Source: a virus (taxonomy: Duplodnaviria; Caudoviricetes). Taken from it: a stretch of DNA of 40,315 nt. Position numbers and translations under genes: made by a program. The notes under the pieces are model-generated. The model saw nothing but the letters and a program-made list of their open reading frames with translations, ran no database searches and was not told the DNA's origin. The stretch lies in the IMG/VR virus record IMGVR_UViG_3300044266_000149, positions 1-40,315 of that record. One strand, 5' to 3'. This document shows, in pieces, positions 28,030 to 36,140 of the stretch; position 1 is the first letter of the stretch, and each line of letters starts with the position of its first letter.

Positions 28030-29787
28030 ATGACGACTTCAGCCTCTGCATCTCCACTCAAAGCCTCAGGAGCCTTAGAGCCTGAGTTTTTCGGGGCCGG
28101 AGAAGAGTCCGATTACGCTCAGAAATACCGTGGGGCAAAAGAAGCTGAACAGAAATTGATGAACCTGCTTGAGCAGCGCAATCAGTCTCGCCTCAGCCCC
28201 TCTATGCTCGCCTTGGCTGGTGAGTTACTGGATCCTGGTCGTACAGGCTCTTTCGGTGAAGCCCTCGGTCGCGGAGCGAAAGCTTACGCAGGTATGCAAG
28301 GTGAAGAAGACCGCCAACGTCGTGAAGGCGCGATGGCTGAGCTCCAGCTTCGAAACATGCAACTTGAGAACGCTCAGGGTCAGCAGTTTGCCAACATGGC
28401 CAAGCCATTTGTGCAGGGAATGCTAGGTACAGGCGCTGGCCCAACTCCAGCCGCCCCCTCGGCTCTACCGCCTCAACCTTCGGTAGCCAAAGCGGTACCA
28501 GGAGTCGCTGGCTCAGCCCCTACATCGGTACCTACACCAGAACTCCCAGCATCCCGAACTGAGCCAGGACAGCCGCCCACTATCATGATCGGCGGTCGCC
28601 CCGTAAACCCTCAAGTGATCGCCGCGATGAAGATGATTCCCTCCATGAAGGGTATCGCCGACTCGATGGAGTACGCATATGAACAGGCGCTTAAAGAGCG
28701 TAAGTTCTATCAAGAGGGTATCAAAGTCCAGCCTGACTACATCGTTGATACGAACCAACTGGATGAGCAGGGCCGCCCCAGAGTCACACCGATCGTGAAA
28801 GCGGGCGAGGCCGACGTCGAGATTCGTTTCCCCGAGCTCGGCGGTAAAAAGTTCTGGGGTTCCAAAGAGGATCTCATGGAAGTTCGTGACGCCCGCGCAA
28901 AAGGTGACATGAGTCGTATTCAGACCGTGATCAACCGTCTACAGTACGGCGCTCAGGGTTCTCCCGCAGCGGCAGGCAAACCTCCAGCAGGAGGCGCAGC
29001 TCCAGCAGCCGTAGCTCAAGGCGCGGCCCCAGATATTCAATCTGAGGCTGCGGCAAAGCTTCGTGAAGATAAGATTGCAACGACTCAAGCTGAGAATGAA
29101 GTAAAAGCTACAAACGACGTGATGAACAATGAGAGCTCCAATCGTGAGACCGTTTTCACCTCAAGTCGTATCATCAAACTGGCCAGCGAGAAACCTCAGC
29201 TTTTCGGTTTGCTGAAGAACCCAACTATCGGCGGCGCTCTGTCCAACTTCATCAAGGAGCGCGCAGCTACAGGTGAAACGAACATCACCAAAGAAGCAGT
29301 TGAGAACTTCATGCGTCAATCGAAGTTTGACACCTCAAAACAAGACATGGCCGACGTGGCCCGTATGTCTAGCGATTTGGCCAAACTGCACTTCCAGTAT
29401 CGTCGCACGCTCTTGCAAGGCCAAGGTCAGGTTTCTGACCGTGAAGACGCCGGTATCACTAAGATCCAAGGTACTACCTCTGACCCCGCCGAGTTTTTGA
29501 TCGGTATGGCTCAGTTGGTGGGCCGTCGTTCTCAGTTTGACGTCGATGTCGCAAACGGTCTACGCAAGTATCGTAACCAGTTCGGCCGGAACAAGACGCT
29601 TGAAGATTACAAATCGGACGATAAGTCAACCTACGGTCAGCTGCTTCGCGGTTATGAAGGCTGGTTGACAAAAACATATGATCTACCCCCAGGACTGACG
29701 CCTGAAACGAAACCTGCAGCTCAAGCTCTCACGCAGAGCGCGATCAAAGCTGAAATTGAGCGTCGCAAGCAAGCGAAAAAGGAATAA
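28030..29787 (+). CDS. Putative internal virion/ejection protein
   Basis: 585 aa; L.PGRTGSFGE.LG N-terminal motif; GQGQVSDRE C-terminal motif; Pro-rich linkers. Confidence 0.65.
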   Translation: MTTSASASPLKASGALEPEFFGAGEESDYAQKYRGAKEAEQKLMNLLEQRNQSRLSPSMLALAGELLDPGRTGSFGEALGRGAKAYAGMQGEEDRQRREGAMAELQLRNMQLENAQGQQFANMAKPFVQGMLGTGAGPTPAAPSALPPQPSVAKAVPGVAGSAPTSVPTPELPASRTEPGQPPTIMIGGRPVNPQVIAAMKMIPSMKGIADSMEYAYEQALKERKFYQEGIKVQPDYIVDTNQLDEQGRPRVTPIVKAGEADVEIRFPELGGKKFWGSKEDLMEVRDARAKGDMSRIQTVINRLQYGAQGSPAAAGKPPAGGAAPAAVAQGAAPDIQSEAAAKLREDKIATTQAENEVKATNDVMNNESSNRETVFTSSRIIKLASEKPQLFGLLKNPTIGGALSNFIKERAATGETNITKEAVENFMRQSKFDTSKQDMADVARMSSDLAKLHFQYRRTLLQGQGQVSDREDAGITKIQGTTSDPAEFLIGMAQLVGRRSQFDVDVANGLRKYRNQFGRNKTLEDYKSDDKSTYGQLLRGYEGWLTKTYDLPPGLTPETKPAAQALTQSAIKAEIERRKQAKKE

Positions 29788-29790
29788 GCC

Positions 29791-31332
29791 ATGGATATGT
29801 CAAAACTGCTCAAGCAGCTGGATGACAAACAGCTAGAAATCGCGATGAAAGTCGCGGCCGAAGCTGAGGCTCAAGGGGTGAACCCTGACCATGTACTGCC
29901 TCTAGCATTCGCAGAAAGCAGTTTTAATCCGAAAGTCCCCAACTCTAGCGCGGGGGCTATCGGGGTCATGCAGCTGATGCCTAAGACCGCGAAAGGTCTC
30001 AAAGTAGATCCTCACAATCTAGACGAGAATATTCGCGGGGGCGTGACATATTTCAAAGAGTTGATGGGTCGTAAAGACATCAACGGAGATCTGAACAAAG
30101 CCTACATTGCGTACAACGCAGGACCAAACACGCCCTACATCACTTCAGGGAAGATCGAAGATATCCCCAGTGAAAGCCTCGGGTATCTTGACAAGATCTT
30201 GAGCCTGTCGGGTAATGGAGCTGAGTCCAGCCCTATGCGCCCCTCGCCTCGGCCTTCGGCAGCGGCCCCTCAGGCATCGTTAGAGCCGAATGAGCAAGTA
30301 GTTGAGCCTCCAGCTCCTACACCCACCCCAACGGCTGCAAACCCTGAAAATGTAGATGCGGGACAATTTGACTTTGATTACGAAAAGTTCAAGAAGTCTC
30401 AAGAAACTGCTCAAGCCGCCGAGCCGTATCATTTTGATCCTCTTGGAGATGTGATCGCGGGCGGGGCTGGCGCTACTGCGGGCGGTAGCCTCGGACTTGC
30501 GTACTCTACAGGTAAAGGTATGAACGCGCTGGCGCATGTACCGGCAGAGCTGAAGAGCGCACTCACAGAAGCTGCGAAAGCGGCAACACCCCCACCTCCA
30601 CCCCCTCCAAGCACCCCTACCCCCTCGGGTAGTCCTGCAGGGGTTAAGAACTGGGCCGCGTCCCAAGGCTATTCAGACCGCGGAGCGAAAACTTACAGCC
30701 AAGCTCATCAGTTTGAAACGGGCACTCGCCAAGGGGCGGGTATCCGTAACCCAACTACAGGTGAAGTAATCAAACCTACGTTCCGTGTTGCGAAGCCCCC
30801 CGTGTACGAGGCTCCAGCAGCGGCTGCCCCCGTAGTTGAGGCTGCCCCAGCAGTTGAAGCTGCTCCTGGCGCTCTGCAGAAAGCGGGCATGGCCGCCAAG
30901 ACGATCGCTGGACTCCCGATGGTTAGAGGTGCTCTGGGCGGTCTTGGGGTCGGTATGGGCGCGGCTGAAACATACAATCGTATGCAGCAAGGCGACAAGC
31001 TGGGAGCTACGTTGGCCGGTATCTCTACTGCAGGTAGCGCAGCGTCTATGGTGCCAGGACTTCAAATTCCTGGTGCTGCGGTAGGTATCGGCGGTATGGG
31101 AGCGCTGGCGCTTGCAGACTACGTTCGGAACAAACAGGCCGCACCTGATCAACCTGCTCAACCTGCTCAACCGAGCACCATCCAAGAAAAAGAGGCTGCG
31201 CTTCGTCAGATGCGGCAAGCCTCTCAGCAACAGGCGCAACAGCGTCCTGGTCGTGAAGTGTCTGGTAAGTTGGTTCGCGCGTTAGATGTGCAGATGCAAA
31301 ACTTCGTGAATCAACCAGTCCAGCAACCCTAA
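29791..31332 (+). CDS. Virion-associated lytic transglycosylase (SLT domain) ejection protein
   Basis: AESSFNP (catalytic Glu), GAIGVMQLMP, NIRGGVTY and AYNAG motifs; C-terminal Gly-rich hydrophobic segments. Confidence 0.88.
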   Translation: MDMSKLLKQLDDKQLEIAMKVAAEAEAQGVNPDHVLPLAFAESSFNPKVPNSSAGAIGVMQLMPKTAKGLKVDPHNLDENIRGGVTYFKELMGRKDINGDLNKAYIAYNAGPNTPYITSGKIEDIPSESLGYLDKILSLSGNGAESSPMRPSPRPSAAAPQASLEPNEQVVEPPAPTPTPTAANPENVDAGQFDFDYEKFKKSQETAQAAEPYHFDPLGDVIAGGAGATAGGSLGLAYSTGKGMNALAHVPAELKSALTEAAKAATPPPPPPPSTPTPSGSPAGVKNWAASQGYSDRGAKTYSQAHQFETGTRQGAGIRNPTTGEVIKPTFRVAKPPVYEAPAAAAPVVEAAPAVEAAPGALQKAGMAAKTIAGLPMVRGALGGLGVGMGAAETYNRMQQGDKLGATLAGISTAGSAASMVPGLQIPGAAVGIGGMGALALADYVRNKQAAPDQPAQPAQPSTIQEKEAALRQMRQASQQQAQQRPGREVSGKLVRALDVQMQNFVNQPVQQP

Positions 31333-31482
31333 TCTCTTGACCCGAGGGTCATAGAGGTAGCGGACAAACAAATCTTCTGGAGTCAGCTGGAGCGCGTAGG
31401 GGTCATAGCGACACCCTATCGCGATTCCAGATTTAGTCCTGACGCAGTTTAGATTTAAGGCGGGCAAGTGTGTCTGGTCCAT
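31282..31482 (-). CDS. Small hypothetical protein overlapping 3' end of SLT gene
   Basis: 66-aa ORF with RTKSGIAIGCRYDP; fills the otherwise empty 31333-31432 gap; start uncertain. Confidence 0.45.
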   Translation of the reverse strand: MDQTHLPALNLNCVRTKSGIAIGCRYDPYALQLTPEDLFVRYLYDPRVKRLGLLDWLIHEVLHLHI

Positions 31483-31669
31483 ACATCTGGGTCAACATAT
31501 CTACCAATTCGATCAAGCCATCTTGCAGCTTGTCGGCCCATTCATCGCCGTCTACGTTCACGTCAACGCCGACCAATACGGGGCGTTTCGGGATGAAACC
31601 GAAAGTGACGACGATATTTTCTTTTGCGCCCTCAAGTTCTTCTTGAGGAGTTTGATTTTCTGCAGACAT
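31433..31669 (-). CDS. Hypothetical protein
   Basis: 78 aa; SD AAGGA; packed in the operon. Confidence 0.65.
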   Translation of the reverse strand: MSAENQTPQEELEGAKENIVVTFGFIPKRPVLVGVDVNVDGDEWADKLQDGLIELVDMLTQMYGPDTLARLKSKLRQD

Positions 31670-31671
31670 GA

Positions 31672-32115
31672 TTATCCTTGGTTGACGTAAGATTTAGTCG
31701 CTTCGCCTTCATCGACAGAGTCTTTGGCGACTTGCACAATTCCGGCGGCGGCGTGTTCCTCGACGAGCAGCAAGTAGCGGCGCAAGTCGCGGATGTCGTC
31801 AATTATACCCTCAGGGCGGCGGTCGTGAGCGATAGCCTCAAAGATGTCGTAGTTGTGTTTTTTGACTTGGTTCTCAAGTCGATCCCACTTCCGAGCGAGC
31901 ATCATGAATGCGCCCACCCCGCCGCGATTACGCCAGCTGGTTCCGTAGCTTTCTTGAGCCTTGATTAGCCCCGCGATATCTGCGGCGCAAAGCCCGTTGA
32001 GGCCAGCTTCAAGCTTCGTACGTACGCCGTAGGGCGTGAGCGGGCTTTGGTGGTTAAGAGTTTGGGGGGCTTGAGGACCGCAGCCTGTGCAGCCCACGTG
32101 TTTATCTTCGCGCAT
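31672..32115 (-). CDS. MazG-like/Nmad1 (DUF1599-like) all-alpha nucleotide pyrophosphatase candidate
   Basis: K...YG.SW..RG..G.F..L.RKWDRL...EG..D...DL..YLLL pattern; adjacent to an HD hydrolase. Confidence 0.6.
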   Translation of the reverse strand: MREDKHVGCTGCGPQAPQTLNHQSPLTPYGVRTKLEAGLNGLCAADIAGLIKAQESYGTSWRNRGGVGAFMMLARKWDRLENQVKKHNYDIFEAIAHDRRPEGIIDDIRDLRRYLLLVEEHAAAGIVQVAKDSVDEGEATKSYVNQG

Positions 32116-32620
32116 CGAGTGCCAACCTTTCTGTGATAAGTTCGTCTAACAGTTCCAACCCTGCTTGGTGTGGGGTTAGCCCACGCAGGTACAATACACC
32201 ACGCTCAAAGACTTCTGAGATGGTTCTATTACCCATCTGGAGTTCACCCAGACAAGTGTAGAGCAAATCAAGCATATCTGCCCATTTTAGGATCAGATAC
32301 TCATCACCCGTGAGCTCAGGATGATTTATGTGGTGAGCTTTCAGCTTGCGGTGCTCTAATTCGTCTGAGGCCTTCTTCAAGAACTCAGATTCCCACTTCG
32401 CCGTGGCGGGGATGTCGCCCGTCCACTGCTCAGCTGTGTCGTGGATCAACGCAGCGTGAAGCAGGGGCGAGCTGATAGACATACCGCTCATAGCCATGAT
32501 GATCGCGATCACGTTTGCAGTATGCTCGCCTACGGTCTCATAGCGATGCATACGGCGCGTGTGCCAGCGCGTGACGGAGTTACCCGCACGGATCGTCTTG
32601 ATGATGCTATGCTGGATCAT
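32102..32620 (-). CDS. HD-domain deoxynucleotide hydrolase (YfbR/DatZ-like)
   Basis: V.RWH...ETVGEH...ALIHDTAE..TGDIP..K...KWADMLD motifs. Confidence 0.85.
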   Translation of the reverse strand: MIQHSIIKTIRAGNSVTRWHTRRMHRYETVGEHTANVIAIIMAMSGMSISSPLLHAALIHDTAEQWTGDIPATAKWESEFLKKASDELEHRKLKAHHINHPELTGDEYLILKWADMLDLLYTCLGELQMGNRTISEVFERGVLYLRGLTPHQAGLELLDELITERLALDARR

Positions 32621-33069
32621 TCTTGCACCTTCAGGGGGGCGCGGCGGATTTTAGCAACGCCTCGAGGGTACTTAGGTTCTTTGGGTTGAGCGTTGCCGAC
32701 TTGAAGGCCGCGCAAATCAGCAGCGGCTTGGCAAGCCTCGCGAGAACGGCGCTTCTCATCCCAGAGTTCCAAGATCAAGCCAGCAAGGGGGCGCATACTG
32801 AACTTGGGGTTCAATTCCTCAAATTCAGCGGCGGTAGCCCAGCCGTAAGCCTCAACGTAGGAGTTCCAATCGACTTTCAACTTACGAAGCAAGCCTTTGA
32901 CGCCCGCATCCGAAGGACGAACGTAGTACATAGGCAGATTGACGCCGGCATCGCGGGCCAGATCAACCCAGTAGTCATCATCCGCATGTTTGCGGGTGTA
33001 ATGGCTGCGTTGCAGATCAGACTGCTCGCGGGCTTTTGCGCTGGTTTCAGCAGAGAAAGGTTTAGTCAT
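32617..33069 (-). CDS. Hypothetical protein
   Basis: 150-aa ORF overlapping neighbours on both sides; SD GGAG. Confidence 0.65.
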   Translation of the reverse strand: MTKPFSAETSAKAREQSDLQRSHYTRKHADDDYWVDLARDAGVNLPMYYVRPSDAGVKGLLRKLKVDWNSYVEAYGWATAAEFEELNPKFSMRPLAGLILELWDEKRRSREACQAAADLRGLQVGNAQPKEPKYPRGVAKIRRAPLKVQE

Positions 33070-33556
33070 GATTTGAGTTCTCCAGTTTTGATTTCAAGTA
33101 TGCTGCAATCAACAGCGCCTCAGCGCGGTCAATATGCTTCTTCAAGTGCAGCTCGGCGTCAGGAAACATCTTGATCGCCAAGGCGCGGGCTTCTTCTTTG
33201 TCGCTAGTCAGTTTGTAGTGTTTCTTCCATTCTGTTGGAGTGATATACACGTAGGGATACCCCTGACAAGCTATCACCGATCGGCAAGCCCCGAAAGAAT
33301 CGCCGAGGCTGAACACGCTAGACACACCCTGACCAGGCATTGCGTTCACGCGCTCAATCGCGGCCGTAGGAGGGTAGTTAACATGCTTACGCAGTATGTC
33401 AGCCATTCCTTTGGCGTTGATCTCATTTTTAACAGTACCGGCCCCTTTCTGCATGATCGGGATATCGTGTACCTCGTACTTGTCACCTGAAATGATGGCG
33501 ATAGCGCCACTCAAACCAGGATCGATTCCGATGTAGCATTTCAGTACGGAGTCCAT
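33062..33556 (-). CDS. RuvC-like Holliday junction resolvase
   Basis: IGIDPGLSGAIA, IERV.AMPGQGVSS.FS.G, P.EWKK and DRAEALLIA; start 33556 has SD AAGGA. Confidence 0.88.
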   Translation of the reverse strand: MDSVLKCYIGIDPGLSGAIAIISGDKYEVHDIPIMQKGAGTVKNEINAKGMADILRKHVNYPPTAAIERVNAMPGQGVSSVFSLGDSFGACRSVIACQGYPYVYITPTEWKKHYKLTSDKEEARALAIKMFPDAELHLKKHIDRAEALLIAAYLKSKLENSNHD

Positions 33557-34377
33557 GCGTCGCATCCTTTAGATTGAAAGCCGTAGGGAATGACTTCGTC
33601 TGACCTAGAGCATACCCACTCACCCTTGTCGGCCACCTCAGCGTATTGACACGTGCGGCAGTTTTTGAGGATGGGTTTGTAGCCCCAGCATACGTCTTTC
33701 GCGTTACAGAACTTGCAGCGCCAGTCACCTTCTTTCTCAGCTAGACGGGGCGGGGGCGACATGATCGTGATCAGGCCGTTCAACTTACCCTCAATCTCAG
33801 CAAAGCACTCAGGATCAAACTCAACTCGCTCGATGTAGTACTGCTCATTGTCTTTACAAATAGCCAAGTATAGAGCTCTATGGATACCAGAAAGCCCCAT
33901 ACCTGACTGCATCTGCCAGTAGTGCTCAGGCTTTGCAACCTTCACACCGCGCTTTTCCAACTCTTTGAAACCGCTCACGTTTGTAGATTTGATCTCCAGA
34001 ACATGAGGCGTTTTCTCAGCGGATGGAACGCCTTTGGTCACCCCGTCAGTCTTACAAACAAAGTGGCCTCGGGCGGCAGTGTATGTCCACTGCTTGTTGG
34101 TTTCAGGATCAACCTCCCAAACCTGCAACCCCGCGTCTTTCAGATCTTGAACTACACGAGCTTCTTGGATGTGTCCTGTCTGAAACAGGCGAAGCATGCG
34201 GCCTTCAGGTACATCGATGTACGCACCGCGCCAGTCGTACCAGATTGAGCGAGCACACTCATCACCGATACTGGAGGCTCCAATACGCGTAAGGTACAGC
34301 TCGCCGCTTTCGCGGTTTCTGTACGCATTGTAGATCATATCCGCAAGGGCGGTAAGATGTTTAGGAAGCTGAGCCAT
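33541..34377 (-). CDS. Cas4-like PD-(D/E)xK exonuclease with Fe-S cysteines
   Basis: IGASSIG.EC.R..WY, F.TGH..E, DG...LEIKS, H..QMQ, C.FC....C and C..C motifs. Confidence 0.85.
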   Translation of the reverse strand: MAQLPKHLTALADMIYNAYRNRESGELYLTRIGASSIGDECARSIWYDWRGAYIDVPEGRMLRLFQTGHIQEARVVQDLKDAGLQVWEVDPETNKQWTYTAARGHFVCKTDGVTKGVPSAEKTPHVLEIKSTNVSGFKELEKRGVKVAKPEHYWQMQSGMGLSGIHRALYLAICKDNEQYYIERVEFDPECFAEIEGKLNGLITIMSPPPRLAEKEGDWRCKFCNAKDVCWGYKPILKNCRTCQYAEVADKGEWVCSRSDEVIPYGFQSKGCDAWTPY

Positions 34378-34396
34378 TGTTCTCTCTCAAGTAGGT

Positions 34397-34447
34397 GGGG
34401 TACTTACGGCCATTGCTAATAGGCAAAATCGCCGACCGTTTTCCCCC
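34397..34447 (-). ncRNA. Candidate cis-regulatory structured RNA with loop E (sarcin-ricin-like) motif
   Basis: Minus strand reads GGGG-GAAA-ACGGUC-[GGCGAUUUUGCC-U-AUUAGCAAU]-GGCCGU-AAGUA-CCCC. Confidence 0.55.
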
Positions 34448-34455
34448 GATTTAGA

Positions 34456-35019
34456 TCACTCGTCCCAAGGGGCCTTCTTACCACCAGCGGCGGGGGCCGC
34501 AGCGGGCTTAGAAGGGGATGCCGCAGCACTCGAGGCAGCCGCAGGAGGGGTAGCTTTTGCAGCAGGGGCGGCTGCAGGAGCAGAAGCTGCCTTCGGCGCA
34601 GCTGAATGCGCGTTTCCCTCGGGCATCTTGTAGCCGTTGATGCGGTTCTGGGGGCCGTACTGACCACTTGCTGGCTCAATGACGATGTCAGCGTAGAAAG
34701 GACGGTTCAGCAACTCATCGGTATCACCAGCGTTGGGGTAACCGCAAGCGGCGGCCCAACCGGAAACTTGACGACGGCCAATCTCTTGAGCTTTCGCACT
34801 TGGATTGTTGATGTTGAAGTTCATGAAGATGAAGCGGTCAGCGTGAGAAGGACCCAACACACGGAACTTGGCCTTGATGTAAGAGCCAGTGCCAGACGAA
34901 GTAGCCTTTTCCTCAGCTTCCTCACACATCAGCTGATATTCACCAGCAGGGATTGGTTCGTACGAGCCGGAGCCGGTATCTGGATCGTATTCACTCGCGG
35001 TAAAGCCTAATTTGGCCAT
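34456..35019 (-). CDS. DUF669-like single-stranded DNA-binding protein
   Basis: Start reassigned to ATG 35019 (SD AAGGAG); YEPIPAGEY, T.SGTG.Y....F.VLG, NPSAKA.EIG; Ala/Pro tail ending APWDE. Confidence 0.82.
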   Translation of the reverse strand: MAKLGFTASEYDPDTGSGSYEPIPAGEYQLMCEEAEEKATSSGTGSYIKAKFRVLGPSHADRFIFMNFNINNPSAKAQEIGRRQVSGWAAACGYPNAGDTDELLNRPFYADIVIEPASGQYGPQNRINGYKMPEGNAHSAAPKAASAPAAAPAAKATPPAAASSAAASPSKPAAAPAAGGKKAPWDE

Positions 35020-35029
35020 GGTTTTCTCC

Positions 35030-35770
35030 TTACAGTTTAACAGGGATGGCTTGCGCCAGTTTTTCAAAGGCCATAGGAATAGCCTCTGGGCAGTTGTAGC
35101 GGTTCTTCGCTACGTACGCGGGGTTTTCGATCACGTGGAGCTGACGCTCACCAGTGGTCACACCTCGAGATACTTTGTTGTTGAAGCCTACGTCAGTCTG
35201 CTTCACAATCACTCGGAAGCTTGCGAACGCGAGCACGTCAACCCACTCTTGGAGAAGAGCGTTGCATCGTGTAGGCAGCTTGGGCTGAAAACGGTCGTAC
35301 GGATCAGAGCGAGGGTCCTCATAGCGAACCACCGCAGCGTGAGCCAATAAGACCACGTTCATGTCACGTTTCTTACGAAGGATATCGAGGCCGTTCAGCA
35401 AAGTGCGGAATTCCTCAGCGATCATCATTTGACCCTTACCGTAGGCGAGCTCTTTGGCGTCGTGAGAACCCTCCACATCAGCAGTGATCAGCGGCTCAAC
35501 CAGCCAGTCTACTGTATCGACTACGACAGTTTTGAACTCATGTTCCTCTTTGACGAGTTTACCGATAGCATCAGCCACGTCTGCAGCGCTGGTCGCGCGG
35601 GGAAACGACACTACATCCAACGATGCGAGGCCGTCCTCGGTAGAAATGAAGATGGGGTTCGGAAACATGCTAGCGAGCGTGCTCTTACCGATACCGTGAC
35701 CTCCGTAAATACAGATGCGGGGAGGAAGCTCTTGCTTACCTCGCACTAGACTATCTTTCCAATCACTCAT
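35030..35770 (-). CDS. Sak4-like AAA_24 ATPase/recombinase
   Basis: Walker A YGGHGIGKST, Walker B VVVDTVDWL, YGKG and AKNRY motifs; adjacent to SSB and exonuclease. Confidence 0.88.
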   Translation of the reverse strand: MSDWKDSLVRGKQELPPRICIYGGHGIGKSTLASMFPNPIFISTEDGLASLDVVSFPRATSAADVADAIGKLVKEEHEFKTVVVDTVDWLVEPLITADVEGSHDAKELAYGKGQMMIAEEFRTLLNGLDILRKKRDMNVVLLAHAAVVRYEDPRSDPYDRFQPKLPTRCNALLQEWVDVLAFASFRVIVKQTDVGFNNKVSRGVTTGERQLHVIENPAYVAKNRYNCPEAIPMAFEKLAQAIPVKL

Positions 35771-35796
35771 ACATGCTCCTGTTGAAAATGAGTTAA

Positions 35797-35815
35797 GACG
35801 TTATTTTAACGTCAA
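35797..35815 (-). promoter_or_regulatory. Putative promoter/operator upstream of recombination genes
   Basis: Inverted repeat GACGTTA-ttt-TAACGTC (35797-35813) overlapping minus-strand TTGACGTTAAAAT. Confidence 0.5.
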
Positions 35816-35843
35816 GATTAACGCAAAGACGCTTTTTGGCCAT

Positions 35844-36140
35844 TTAAAATTTTAATGGGATAGCGTCGTATGATAGTTTGTTCTTGTCCCAACGTAGAAC
35901 ATTACAAACATCATTTCGCTCAGAGGCCACAGTTACGCAGATAGCGCAAAGGGCGTAGTCACCAGCCATCAAGATGTAGTCATCGTCTTGCATCTTAGAC
36001 AAGACACGACGAGCGTGCTCAATGGCGGCTTGGGGGCTGAAGTTACGTCCGATAGAGGAGAAAACCTCTTTCACTTCGCCGAATTCTTCTGCTGCCGAGT
36101 AATCTCGACGGCGGTCAGTCTGTACAATCCATACGGTCAT
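35844..36140 (-). CDS. Small alpha/beta hypothetical protein
   Basis: 98 aa; ATGA-coupled to the polymerase stop; DYILMAGD...LRWDK....Y. Confidence 0.7.
   Translation of the reverse strand: MTVWIVQTDRRRDYSAAEEFGEVKEVFSSIGRNFSPQAAIEHARRVLSKMQDDDYILMAGDYALCAICVTVASERNDVCNVLRWDKNKLSYDAIPLKF

Noticed and set aside
33541-34377. CRISPR-Cas locus suggested by Cas4-like nuclease
   Set aside because: No cas1/cas2 or repeat-spacer array. The Sak4-SSB-exonuclease context is a standard phage recombination module.
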